Shown here: in pieces, positions 26,919 through 40,247 of the stretch
How positions within the stretch are numbered: the first letter of the stretch is position 1
Layout: each line of letters begins with the position of its first letter
DNA from: Octopus bimaculoides
Taxonomy: Eukaryota
NCBI RefSeq assembly: GCF_001194135.2
Contig: NC_068984.1
Coordinates: 43,467,067 to 43,531,066, forward strand
Length of the DNA stretch: 64,000 nt
Direction of reading: 5' to 3'
Program-made: the position numbers and the translations under genes
Notes under the pieces: model-generated
Databases searched by the model: none
Told to the model about the DNA's origin: nothing
The model's input: only the letters and a program-made list of their open reading frames with translations

Positions 26919-27847
26919 CTGCACAAAAAAGAAATAAAAAATGACAACTGTATTTGCATGGACATGTAATGTGTGTAGATGATGACAGCTGAGCAAATAA
27001 GTGTTAGAAGATTCATGTGAAAGTAGTAGTAGTAATTGTACTAGCAGAGCTAGAGTTTGTGCTGCCTGGGTCCCCACAAAAAAATACATATTGCCTACAG
27101 CAGACCCAAAAGTGGTGCTGCCTCCGTAAAAGTGCTGCTTGGAGCAGACTGCCTTCTCTGTCCCCTTCTAGATGCACTTGTGAGTAGTTGTATGGGGGGG
27201 GGGGGGCATGTGCTGTAACAGCACATCGCTGCATCTACCATCTGTTGGTGATTCCCAACTCCTGGTAGATGACACTGTTGTACTGCTCAGGTAACAACCT
27301 TCCAATCCGTGGTTCTGTTTGGGAAGTCATTACTGGTGATGATTTTAAGAGGCTGGAGTAAAAATTCTATCTCAACTACTTTTAGTTGCCTTTTATGACA
27401 TGTAAAGAAAATGTTGTGTCTATTCTTTTACATGCAAATTTCCACACAGTACTAGGGCAGTGTGAAATAAAGTGTTTTGCTCAAGTGCGCAACGTGCCAC
27501 CTGTGAGTACAACACTTTAGCCACTAGGCCATGTACCTTCACATGTGGAAAGAAACCACCGAAATGAAAAACTAAGAAAGATACAGACAGAAATGGTGAA
27601 AGCTAATCTCAGGGTGCTGAACCTCACAAAGGAGATGTGACTTGAGCAGTAAGCAGGCAGACTTTATAATAATATGAACCAAGGTAGATTACTCTCACAG
27701 AAGTTAAAGAGTAAGTGGATGTAATTAGATGCATGCCAAAACTGAAAGCTTGAATATACATTATAAATAATCATACATTTGCCAACATAACAGATCATAT
27801 ACTCATCTGATATTCAGTGCATGTGTATGCACAAGCACATATATATA

Positions 27848-28066
27848 CTCTTAACTCTTTTACTTGTTTCAGTCATTTGACTGCGGCCATGCTGGAGCAC
27901 CACCTTTATTCAAGCAAATCGACCTCAGGACTTATTCTTTGTAAGCCTAGTACTTATTCCATCGGTCTCTTTTGCCGAACCGCTAAGTGATGGGGGCATA
28001 AACACACCAGCATCAGTTGTCAAGCAATGCTAGGGGAGACAAACACAGACACACAAACATACACAC

Positions 28067-28097
<31 letters not shown>

Positions 28098-28148
28098 CGA
28101 CGGGCTTCTTTCAGTTTCTGTCTACCAAATCCACTCACAAGGCTTTGG
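27848..28148 (-). mobile_element. SINE family A, 5'-truncated, inverted relative to the 25864 copy
   Basis: Reverse complement aligns to about 25975-26275 with few mismatches. Confidence 0.85.
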
Positions 28149-28374
28149 TATACTCCTCACATATACAACACACAATATGTACATATTTCAGTATGGTACT
28201 TGCCAGGCAAGGGATTTCATCTGAGATTATGTGTGATACTAAAACAATTGTATGGAAGACACATATTAGCCTTTTTAAAACAGACAAAGACTGTTAACTT
28301 CACTTAAGCATTTATTATTTGGTGTCAAAATTTTGTTGCACAGACTCAAGAAAACTTGCCCACCACAAGAGAGT

Positions 28375-28665
28375 TGAGATCCTAAAACCAAGGTACCACA
28401 TAAAAAGCATTGGTGTGGGTACTTGTACCATGTAAAAAGCACTGGTGCTGGTGCCACATAATAAGCACTGGTGATGGAGCCATGTAAAAAGCACCCAGTA
28501 CTCTCTGTAAAGTGGTTGACATTAGGAAGGGCATCTAGCCATAGAAACCAAGCCAAAACAGACTATGGAACATGGTGTAATCCCTGACCTTGCCAGTTCC
28601 TGTTAAGTCATCTAACCCATACCAGTATAGAAAAATGGATGTTAAATGTTGATGATGATGATGAT
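28375..28665 (+). mobile_element. Family C retroposon with internal tandem units and a GAT tail
   Basis: TAAAAAGCA units, AGGAAGGGCATC block, (GAT)n tail. Confidence 0.75.
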
Positions 28666-28957
28666 CCCACTGCAGTGGTATCACATCAGTAACCAGATCA
28701 GAATTAGTGTGATGAATATCTATGTCAAGATAACAGTTTTTGTATGTTTTTGAATTGCTGACATGTGTCTTCCACACTGTAATATGAATACAGTTTCATA
28801 GGAATTTATAAGTTCATAGTTTAGTGCATCTTAGCATCAAAAATGAAAACTGCTAACATGTTGGTAGTTTATTAATTGAACTTGCTGCTAAAAATGCATT
28901 ATTTATATAAATCAGTTTAACTGATTTAACTTGTTCAGGTGATGCTTCCTTTTCTGT

Positions 28958-28999
<42 letters not shown>

Positions 29000-29459
29000 T
29001 TTTAAGCTTAATAATGTATAAATTAAATTTGCACTTGCAGTTTTGCCTGAAATTTATAGATCTATTCTGTATTACATAATAACCTATAATAATAGGTATA
29101 ATAACCTATACACATCTATCCTGTATTACATAATAACTGTTAACATACATACATATATATATATATACATACATATATATATATATATATNNNNNNNNNN
29201 NNNNNNNNNNNNNNNNNNNNNNNNNNNNNNNNNNNNNNNNNNNNNNNNNNNNNNNNNNNNNNNNNNNNNNNNNNNNNNNNNNNNNNNNNNNNNNNNNNNN
29301 NNNNNNNNNNNNNNNNNNNNNNNNNNNNNNNNNNNNNNNNNNNNNNNNNNNNNNNNNNNNNNNNNNNNNNNNNNNNNNNNNNNNNNNNATATACCAGATA
29401 TAGTACTATACAAAATACCGAAAGGATCTTCACCTCTTACATCACACATTTCTTCTTAC

Positions 29460-29484
29460 TTCAACGTCGAGATGGTATAATTTC
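29460..29484 (-). CDS. Candidate 25-nt micro-exon (phase 1 to 2): (G)NYTISTL(K)
   Basis: Acceptor aattatctctctcccag|, donor GAA|gtaaga; two retained CpGs in a CpG-poor background. Confidence 0.45.
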
Positions 29485-29934
29485 CTGGGAGAGAGATAAT
29501 TTTTGTGGCTGAAGATAGCTTTACATTGTGGATTATACACATATTATATTATGTTATATTATATTATGTTATATTATATTACACACATGTAGAGCTTGAA
29601 ACATGTGTACCGCGGAATCCTTTGTAGTTTTGTTGTTATTTTTTTCTTTTGGATTTACAATTTATATATATATATATGTATATATATAGCATAATCATTA
29701 ATTCAGTTAAATATATTTTGTTTTGCTTAGTTCCTTATGAGCCATTGTTGAAACAGAATATATTTTGTCTGATTATTGATTATGGATTAAATATTTTTAT
29801 TTACACTCAAACTTATCTTTGAGTATTTTATTCTCAGTGGCTGGACATTTCTTCTTTTTGAGCTTGTTATCTCCTGGAATAATATATATTATATATTATT
29901 CCAGAGTGTCACACCCTACTCTACATATATAATT

Positions 29935-30017
<83 letters not shown>

Positions 30018-30299
30018 GCACTCAGTACTCACTGTAAAGTGGTTAGAATTAGGAAGGGCATCCAACCATAGAAAACAAGCCAAATCAGACACTGGAGCAT
30101 GATGTAATCTTTTGACTCATTGGATTCTTGTCAATGTGACCAACCCATACTAGCACAGAACCTGGATGCTAAATCATGATGACGATGATGAGGACGATGT
30201 ATTGCATATGTCTGTGTGTCTGTTTAAATTTATACCTAATTAAAATCAGTGTTATTGCCAATGTTGTGTCCCTATATGTTTTGTAACATAATGGTTGGA

Positions 30300-30640
30300 C
30301 AAGTAAAAGGGTAAAGACCATGAACGACCATGGAATTGCACCTAGAAAGTTCCCCTCCAAGGCACAAGCCCAGGCAAGGTTGTTTATGGAAGACCAGCAG
30401 TCACCCATGCATACCAGCCTCCCTTCTACACACCACCAATGTTATCCAAGGGAAAGGCAAAGGCTGATACAGCTTGGCACCAGTGACATCACAACTTATT
30501 TCTACAGCTGAGTGAACTGGAGCAGCATGACATAAAGTGTCTTGCTCAAGAACACAACACACAGCTTGGTCTGGGAATTTAACTCACTACTTCAGGATTG
30601 TGAGCCCAATACTCTAAACACTAAGCCATGCACCTTCACC
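30300..30640 (-). mobile_element. SINE family D
   Basis: Colinear with 19880-20240; shorter pieces at about 930-1075, 27455-27545, 47395-47530 and 57195-57345. Confidence 0.8.
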
Positions 30641-30824
30641 AGTACAAGTTGATAAAATAAGTAGCAGATGCGTAAAGAAAAAAAGTGTTGTGGTCATTTG
30701 CATTGACTAGATTGTTTGAAAGTGGCACCCTGCTCCAGCATGACCTCAGACCAATGACTGGAATCAGCTAAAGTATTTCGCATTCAGTTACAGCAGGAAA
30801 AATAGAGAGAATGATTGCTGATTG

Positions 30825-31020
30825 CTGATAAGTTAGTGTTGACGGAAGAGGTTAGTTGATTAGGCTGACCCCAGTACATGACTGGTACTTTATGTTATTG
30901 ACCATCCCACCTCCAACTGATGAAAGGCAAAGTTGATCTCACTAGAATTTGAACTCAGAATGAAAAGAGCCAAAACTAAACCTGCAAAGCATTTTGTTCG
31001 ATGCTCTATTGATTTTGCAA
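30825..31020 (-). mobile_element. SINE family B, partial
   Basis: GAAAGGCAAAGTTGA...GAATTTGAACTCAGAA block shared with other copies. Confidence 0.7.
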
Positions 31021-31235
31021 GATAACAACGAAAGAGTGAGTGAAATAGAAGAGATGAAGATAGAAACAAGGATAAAGAAGTGTAAAGATGAATGAGAAAA
31101 GGATTGGAGATGAAGGAGAGAGAGAGTGAAGGTAAGTGTATATATGTGTATGTATGTGTGTGTGTGTGAGAGAGAGAGAGGAAAGGAGGGAGAAAAACTA
31201 AACAAGATTGTGTTTGTGTATGTGTATGTGAAAAG

Positions 31236-31275
<40 letters not shown>

Positions 31276-31474
31276 ACTAAATATGTGTGTGTATGTGGGT
31301 GTTTGTGCATGTGTAAGAGAGTAAGAGATTAGACTGAAAGAGAATTCATAAGAAAGAGAGAAAGGAAAAGAAAGAGAGAGAGAGAGAAATGAATAAGAAT
31401 TAGTGTGTCTGCGAGGGGTTGTGGATATGAGTACAAAACAGAGAGAACGAGTGGGAGAAAGAAAGTTAGATCGA

Positions 31475-31477
<3 letters not shown>

Positions 31478-31570
<93 letters not shown>
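31478..31570. repeat. (GA)n microsatellite
   Basis: Read directly. Confidence 0.95.
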
Positions 31571-31572
<2 letters not shown>

Positions 31573-32958
31573 CAGAATGAAAGACTTGGAGACTGAGAGA
31601 GAGCCATAGAGTTTTTGTTGCAGTCACAGTACAGCATCAATATGTTTTCACACATTGTTGACTGTGTGACAAATTAGAATAAATGTGTGCATATGCTATG
31701 TTCACTACATGGAGGTAACAATATTAATCTCATCATGTTAATGACACCAGCAAGGAATCCTCTATGTAGTTGCTGGACCTGTTAAAAGTAGTAGCCAATT
31801 TTCTTCTTAAAAATATGAATGAAGAATGCAATAAATGTTGTAGTCATGGATACACAATGTCTTAAAAAAATGGAATAATCACAGCTGGAACTATTTTGCT
31901 CATAGGTCTGCTTAATGAGAGATGACCTGTGGTTAAACAGCAACTGTTGGCATAGCTATGGCAAAGGTAACATATAGTCGATCTCTGTTTAAAACAGAAT
32001 AAAGAAGAAAGGGAGCAAAAGGGATAACTATGATAAATAAACAAGAATGTTATGATGCTAGAAGTAGCAGCCTAATCAAAACTTACTAAGTATAATTATG
32101 ATGATTGTTACATTATACCCAAGACCCATGATTAGTTACAACATTATACCCATGATCCTTTGCTGCCTTGTATGAAATGCAGCAACTACCTGATACTACC
32201 CCATTTTATTCAGAAGTTGAGGACAAGAAAGTCAGGAAATATTAATGGACTTACAAAAGTTATCTTTCCAAAATAAACATAAAAGGACTAGGAAAATAGG
32301 AAAAATTTTGCTGCAGAAAATTAAGCTTCAGCAGTTACGTTTTCAATACATATATATGCATGGAATGGCAAGCTGTCAGAATCATTAGCACACCAGGCAA
32401 AATGCTTAGCAGTATTTCATCTGTCTATGTTTTGAGTTCAAATTCTGCTGAGATCACCTTTGCCTTTCATCCTTTCAGAGTATGTGTGCATGTGCCTTTG
32501 CACATGTATGTATGTGTGCATAACTGACAGAGTTGTTAGACTGTCAGATAGAATTGTGCTATTTATTCTGAACCTATGTATTCTGTGTTCAAAACCAGGG
32601 TTGATAAAAAAGCATCAGTCCATCAACCTGGATTAATGGAACTGCAAAAGATCAGGTGGAATGCCTTATGGTCTCAGCTCCAGCTCTTTGCATTCTGATA
32701 GTCATGTCTGTGACAGCACTGGTATCATGCTGCACTGCACCCAAGTCAGCAGCTTTTCTCTTGGATAAACACCAGTGACACAAAGAAGGAAGACTTGCAT
32801 GCATCATGTGCAACTGCTAGTCTTCCTGAAACAATCTGGAGAGATCTACAAAAGCATGGTTAACATTAACCAGTGGAGGTTATATATATATATATAGTTT
32901 TAGGGAAAAGAACCAAGGTTCATGAACTCATCGATGAGTTTTTACCTGNNNNNNNNNN

Positions 32959-32999
<41 letters not shown>

Positions 33000-33469
33000 A
33001 TTCAGTCTATGCCAACATGATGGAAAGCAGATATTAAATGGTGATGATGATGATGAGATGCACCACCCATTAATTTATCCATGTATGTCTTTTACTTTAA
33101 ATAAAGATTAGACTGTGCTTTTTCTAAGCATGCAAATGAAGTTATCTCCCCATCTCCTTGAAGATGATAACAATCACCTCTAGGTTTTTGTTTTCTGTCA
33201 CATGAAATATTGCAGTTTAAGTAAATATATAAATAAACTTTAGACCATAAACTGAGTTTCCCCATGACCAGAAATGTTTTCATAGAAGACTGGAAATGAA
33301 GGACACTGCTTGCATGATGGTGACATTCATTTACAAGCATCACATGATGCCAAGACAAGGTAACAGTAACACAAACACACACACACATGCTTTGGAGATA
33401 TGCTGTGACCGAGAAGACTCTGCAAGCAAAGTGAGATTGCAGCTATGGCTGATACCAGTGTTGCATAAT

Positions 33470-33822
33470 CAACCCATTTAAAAGTACCCTTTAATTGCCA
33501 GGTGACACACTGTGTTTGACAAGACCTGTTGATTCAAGTGAAATCATAGTCGTGGCTGATGCCAGTGCCGCCTGACTGGCACCTGTGCTGGTGACATGTA
33601 ATAAGCACCATTCAAATGCGGTCAATGTCAGTGCCCTGTGCTGGTGGCACATAAAAAGCACCCACTACATTCTCAGAGTGGTTGGTGTTAGGAAGGGCAT
33701 CCAGCTGTAGAAACCTTGCCAGATCAGATTGGAGCCTGGTGCAGCCTTTGGGCTTGCCAGTCCTCAGTCAAACTGTCCACGCCAGCATGGAAAACAGATG
33801 TTAAACGATGATGATGATGATG

Positions 33823-33826
<4 letters not shown>
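33470..33826 (+). mobile_element. Family C retroposon
   Basis: Same blocks; GAT tail runs into (AAT)n. Confidence 0.75.
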
Positions 33827-33893
<67 letters not shown>

Positions 33894-34825
33894 TATATAT
33901 ATATGTGAAAGCTTTTTTTCCTTTTACAGCTATCAAATTCACTCACAAGGTTGCTGCAGTAGGACTGAACCCAGAACCATGTGGCTGGGAAGATAATTTC
34001 TTACCACACAGGCCAAGGCTATGTCTTTAAGTGCAAAAAATTTTCTGTTTTTTTGTGTTTTCAAATTTTGAATTCAACGAAAGTGAAGTGGTAAGTTTTC
34101 TTTTGGCATAACATTTTCTCAGTATGCAAGCCAGTATTATGAATACTTAACTCAGACATGTTACATCAGTTCGAAGTAACTGACCAACTGTTTAAACATC
34201 TGTCTTGATTGGTGGTTAGCCAGACAAACTTATTGAATATTTCCTTGTAAGTCTGAGCACTCTTACTTTTACCAGAAATTTATCTGTTATTATGTAATAT
34301 ATTTTGAAATTCATTTTGTAAATGATAACACAGTTTAGAGCTACTACAGTTTTTCAAAACTCAATTAATTGTTAAACCATTTAAGTGATATTCTTATTAC
34401 TACTGATAGAACTACTTTCCAAATAAACATAACATGCTCACAGAATATCTTTCCCTCTTTTCTTCTCTCTATTATAAATGGATTACATTTTCTACACTCT
34501 ATATGTTTTTCATGTATTTTTAATATTCCTTTCAGCCATGATTTATTTGTGTTACAGTTTCTTTTGTTATTTTCATATATGGTCACCAATATAAATATGA
34601 TGAAACCTGTTTATTTGAATATTTTGATCTCAGCAGATGGTGCTGTAATAAATACAAAGAAATAGTCAACCAACAGTTGGTCAGAATCCATATATCCATT
34701 GTTTCATTGATCCATCCAAATGATGAATATATATGCATGTGTATATATACATGTGTGCGTTTGTGTGTGTGGGTGCATGTGTGTGTGAGTGTGTGTATAT
34801 ATGTTTGTATGTACATGTATGTGTA

Positions 34826-34860
<35 letters not shown>

Positions 34861-34989
34861 AAATATATAAATGAACAAATTTATATGCATATATATGTAT
34901 ATAAACACATATGCACATGCACATATACAGACACAAATACACACACACACATAAATATGCATATAAATAGATATATATGTACACTCACA

Positions 34990-35067
<78 letters not shown>

Positions 35068-35099
35068 AAATGATGATGATATATATATATATATATGCA

Positions 35100-35826
35100 T
35101 AAAAACTTCCTAACAAAGCAGAAATACCCTTTGGGATTAATAAATGAGGGAATTAAAAAGGCAATGAAGCTGAGCATCCCACAACTAAGGACACCAAAGG
35201 AAAAAATTAATGAACACACAATTCCATTTATTAATACGCACAATCCTGGGGTAGCCAACACCTTTCATACCATAAAGACAAACGTACTTATACTTCTACA
35301 ATGTCCCAAAATGAAAGATTTGACTGATAAAAACCTCTTACGAAACAGTAGACACCAACCAAAAAATCTCAAAAACCACCTCACAAGAGCAAAATTCACA
35401 TCAGAGAATGAATCAGAATTTTCCATAAAAGAATGTGGAGATAGCAGATGTGGAACATGCAACAACGACTTTTAATACATAGAAAGTGGTTCCCACATAA
35501 AATTCAAGAGCGGATTCTTGTTCAAAGTAAATGCAGATATGAACTGCAAGACGCAGAATCTCATATACTGTATTACTTGCTCCAACTGTAAAGAAAATTA
35601 CATTGGTGAAACAAGCAATTCCCTCTGCCAACATCCAAGAATTCACAGACAACAGATCTGACAAGAAGAATTGTGAATGATTCTATTGAGTAAGCACCTA
35701 GAAATATGAAGTGACGGAAAGTTCAAAATTTTTCCCTTTTACAAATGTTCAAGAGAAGACCTGAAATTTCGAAAAGCAATGGAGCTACACTTCATCAAAA
35801 AATTCTCTCCAAAATTAAATGTTTGA
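35100..35826 (+). mobile_element. Penelope-like element 3' fragment: linker, Cys pair and GIY-YIG endonuclease; inactivated
   Basis: One frame reads ECGDSRCGTC...NLIYCITCSNCKENYIGETSN...HRQQI...RKAMELHFIKKFSPKLNV* with four internal stops; (TA)n tracts on both flanks. Confidence 0.85.
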
Positions 35827-36224
35827 AAGAGAAGCAGAGGAACTACATTTTTATTATCATTTTTTCAATAGTATTGATGATGAATGAAGGGAAAACATTT
35901 ATATTATATTATTACTGTTGTTTCTGAATGTGGCTTCAATGTTAATAATGTGATACTCATTTTTATAAATGATCAGATATATATATATCTATATATATAT
36001 ATATATATGACATTGGGATTTTGACAACCTGTTGTTCTTATAGAACTTAAATATACTGAGAAAGAATACTAGAACCATTTTACCACTGATTAGAAAAGAT
36101 ATCTAATGTAGCTACTTGGCAAAGTAATTCATGAAAAAAGATCTCTTTTGAATTCTCTTATCCAAGCAAGAGAAATAAAAATAAATCCTACAAAAGGATG
36201 AAAGTTACTCAAAAAATATATTTA

Positions 36225-36560
36225 AGCAGGCCCTGCTTTATTATATAATTTAGATCCTGAGTTCCTTTCGAGTGTTGGGCCTCACGGAGGCAAGTGACTG
36301 AGTTCCTTTCAAGTGTTGGGCCTCAGGGAGGCAATGACAGAGACTTTTGGCATTATGTTATGCTTGAGAAGAAGACCCATCAAGCCGAGCAAAATCGCAG
36401 TCATGACAAAATCGCAGTCATGCAAATGCCACCTGTGCTGGTGGCATGTAAAAGCACCCTTTACAGTCTCAGAGTAGTTGGAGTTAGGAAGGGCATCTAG
36501 CCATAGAAAATCATGTCAAATCAAACTTGAGTCTGGTGCAGCCTTTTCTTATTTCTTCCA
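36225..36560 (+). mobile_element. Family C retroposon including upstream part with a ~41-bp tandem duplication
   Basis: CTGAGTTCCTTTC.AGTGTTGGGCCTCA twice; upstream part also present inverted at about 39480-39570. Confidence 0.65.
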
Positions 36561-37570
36561 TCCTACTTCCTAAAATTGACATGTTTGAAAGGTCACCAGC
36601 TCTTGTGAGAAAATGTGTTTATTTACAAATATGTTGGTAGGTGTACAATGGAAAGAAAAGAAAAAAGAAAAAAAAGGAGAAAAGAAGAAAAATGCTTTGT
36701 AATGAAATTTCAATGAATTGGCAACATCAGATTGAAACCANNNNNNNNNNNNNNNNNNNNNNNNNNNNNNNNNNNNNNNNNNNNNNNNNNNNNNNNNNNN
36801 NNNNNNNNNNNNNNNNNNNNNNNNNNNNNNNNNNNNNNNNNNNNNNNNNNNNNNNNNNNNNNNNNNNNNNNNNNNNNNNNNNNNNNNNNNNNNNNNNNNN
36901 NNNNNNNNNNNNNNNNNNNNNNNNNNNNNNNNNNNNNNNNNNNNNNNNNNNNNNNNNNNNNNNNNNNNNNNNNNNNNNNNNNNNNNNNNNNNNNNNNNNN
37001 NNNNNNNNNNNNNNNNNNNNNNNNNNNNNNNNNNNNNNNNNNNNNNNNNNNNNNNNNNNNNNNNNNNNNNNNNNNNNNNNNNNNNNNNNNNNNNNNNNNN
37101 NNNNNNNNNNNNNNNNNNNNNNNNNNNNNNNNNNNNNNNNNNNNNNNNNNNNNNNNNNNNNNNNNNNNNNNNNNNNNNNNNNNNNNNNNNNNNNNNNNNN
37201 NNNNNNNNNNNNNNNNNNNNNNNNNNNNNNNNNNNNNNNNNNNNNNNNNNNNNNNNNNNNNNNNNNNNNNNNNNNNNNNNNNNNNNNNNNNNNNNNNNNN
37301 NNNNNNNNNNNNNNNNNNNNNNNNNNNNNNNNNNNNNNNNNNNNNNNNNNNNNNNNNNNNNNNNNNNNNNNNNNNNNNNNNNNNNNNNNNNNNNNNNNNN
37401 NNNNNNNNNNNNNNNNNNNNNNNNNNNNNNNNNNNNNNNNNNNNNNNNNNNNNNNNNNNNNNNNNNNNNNNNNNNNNNNNNNNNNNNNNNNNNNNNNNNN
37501 NNNNNNNNNNNNNNNNNNNNNNNNNNNNNNNNNNNNNNNNNNNNNNNNNNNNNNNNNNNNNNNNNNNNNN

Positions 37571-37614
<44 letters not shown>

Positions 37615-38400
37615 TGTAAAACTCTCATGGAATATTCTAAGCATGCTGTGGAACATGGAGTCAGCCATGTTGCTATCTGATCTAATATTAGCGTATGACA
37701 GGCTTCTATCCCCTGCCCAAATTGAAATAACACGACTAAATGTCATCAGTGTGGAGACTGCACATAGTTGAAGCATATTCTGGCAGCATATAAGTTATCC
37801 TTGGCAGAATATACATTGGCAGCTTAACCAAATCTTAGACATCCTTGCTAGAGCACTAAAACAGCAACACAGTACAATCACTATAAAGAAAATCACTAAC
37901 AAGTGTGGCACCTGGTTGTTTTCCACATGGAAGGTGGAAGAATGCAATGCAATGTAAGAATATAAACAAACAAAAGCAAAAAGCTAGGCTTCTAAATGTA
38001 GGTCATATCTGGAAGGTGCAGGTGAATCTGGAGTAAGATCTCATGTTCCCAAGCCATATTGCAATAACAAAGCAACACCTGATTATTATCAGCATTATCT
38101 GACTTGATAAAATATTTCTAATAATGGAGTTGATGTTACCTTGAGAATACAATATGGAATGGGCACATTGAAGGAAATATTTAGAATATGGTGGAAAGAG
38201 TTTAAGGAATTGCATGACACATAAAGATGGTAATATACAATAGTACTTTCAGAGATTGTAGGTTTGTTACTAAATCTTCCGTGCCTTACTTGTCTTGTAT
38301 TATGCTTGGAAGAAACAAAAGAATGATAATCCATGAACTGGATTGGATGGTACAAATGCTTTGTCATGGATGTGGTAGGGGTATATGAGAGAAAGAATCA
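37615..38400 (+). mobile_element. Degraded HERO/NeSL-like restriction-endonuclease LINE remnant
   Basis: Frameshifted YDRLLSP...KCHQCG...LKHIL...WQLNQILDILA...IMELMLP*EYNMEWAH*RKY, matching the YDxLPSP / CCHC / ELxxPWE pattern of that group. Confidence 0.6.
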
Positions 38401-39277
38401 ACAATGCCAAGATTATTACTGAATCCTCAGCCAGTAGTAAAACAAGATAATTGTTGGCTGATTGTGGTTGCCCCTGATTTGGCGAGGCAACTGCATAAAT
38501 GAAAGGTGGTGAAAAGCATGCAACAATATAGGCCAAAAGGATGGGAACATTTCCTGGTAGCTTGAATGCTGCATTGGAGTTGAATAATACTTGTGGAAAG
38601 TACTGAAATTATTATGATCTCTAATTGACATCTGATGATGAGTATGTCCTATAAGTGCAAGTAACATGTAGTTTATATGTGTGTATGTGTGTGTGTACGG
38701 GTGGATCACTGTTGCTTAATGATGAGGATTCAGCTATTTAGTCAACTACATTACCTGCTCCTGAATTAACGTGCAAGTGGCTCAACATTCCACAGACATT
38801 GGTACACTTAATGTAATTTTCATGCAAAATCGTTGCAACACATTGAGTGAGAAGGCTGTACTTTAGAATTACAGATGCAACTGACTTGATAGGCTTCTAT
38901 ACAGTTTCCTTCTACCCAGTTTCACTTACAAGATATGAGTTGACTTGAGACTATAAAAAATGGTATTTGCTCAATATGCCACACAGTGAGATAAAACTTA
39001 GGAACTTAAGGTTGTAAAGTGAATTTCTTAACCACAATACCATGCCTACACTTAAGTATGTATGTATGTGTGTATGTATGCGTGTATGTATGTATATATG
39101 TATGTATGTATTTACGTATATATCTCTTTATCAATCTATTTCATAGCTGCCATCTCTGAAGAGTGCAAGTTACATAATCGGGCTGTTATCTAACACTCTA
39201 CTGAATCCCTAGTGTAAAACTGATTGGAAAGATTGGCTGTAATGGATATATAATACTGTACACTTTGAATAATCGTC

Positions 39278-39600
39278 ATCATCATTGTCATCATCATCAT
39301 TTAATGTCCATTTTCCATGCTGGCATGGGTTGGACGGTTTGACTGAAAACTGGTAAGAGGGTAGCTGCACCAGGTTTCAATCTGATTTGGTATAGTTTCT
39401 ATAGCTGGATGCCCTTCTTAACACCGACCACTCTAACATTGTAGTGGGTGCTTTTTATGTGCCAGTACCAGTTACGAAACACTGGCATCGGCCATGACTA
39501 GGATCTCACTTGGCTTGACAGGTCTTCTCAAGCATGGTATATTACCAAAAGTCTCAGTCACTTGTCACTACCTTATCTACTGTTCCATGCTTGCATGGGT
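39278..39600 (-). mobile_element. Family C retroposon
   Basis: (CAT)n followed by the reverse complement of the C 3' end. Confidence 0.75.
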
Positions 39601-40208
39601 TAGACAGAATTTATTGAATCAGAAGTAGTAAATTACAAGTGCCATTAACATGTCAGACAGAATGACTTTCAGTGTATTTTCTGGTTCTCTGTACTCTGAG
39701 TTCAAATCTTGGCAAGCTAAACTTTGTGCCTCATCCATTCAGTGTCGATAATGTAACCAATCCAAGATAGTAGATTGCCAGAATTAGAGTGATTAGCTGC
39801 TCATAATATCTGTTCTTGCTCTTTGCCTATTGAGTTAAAATTCTGCCAAAGCGCTAATGGCTAGAGCTAAATATGCAACCACAGGAACCTTATTCCTTAG
39901 CTCACAGTTTGGACAGGTAAGGGCTGTGACTATCATAGCTAAGTAGGTAACAGCATGCTGAAGTTTCATCCAGTTAATGGATCAACAATGGCAGAACAAA
40001 AATGGAAATGGAAATCATGTAGCATACATGCACACACATGCATGCATACACACACATACACATGCATGCATGCACACACACATACATGCACGCATGCACA
40101 CACATACATGCACACACACATGCATATACAACTCATATATTATGTACATATATACATATATATACACACACATACACACACATATATATATGCATATATA
40201 TATTCTCA

Positions 40209-40247
<39 letters not shown>

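Noticed and set aside
27013-27234. 73-aa minus-strand ORF with PPPPY
   Set aside because: The prolines come from a G homopolymer; no convincing splice sites or recognisable family.
35870-35915. Possible decayed hammerhead downstream of the Penelope ORF
   Set aside because: TGATGA and GAAAAC are present but no stem II pairing can be drawn.
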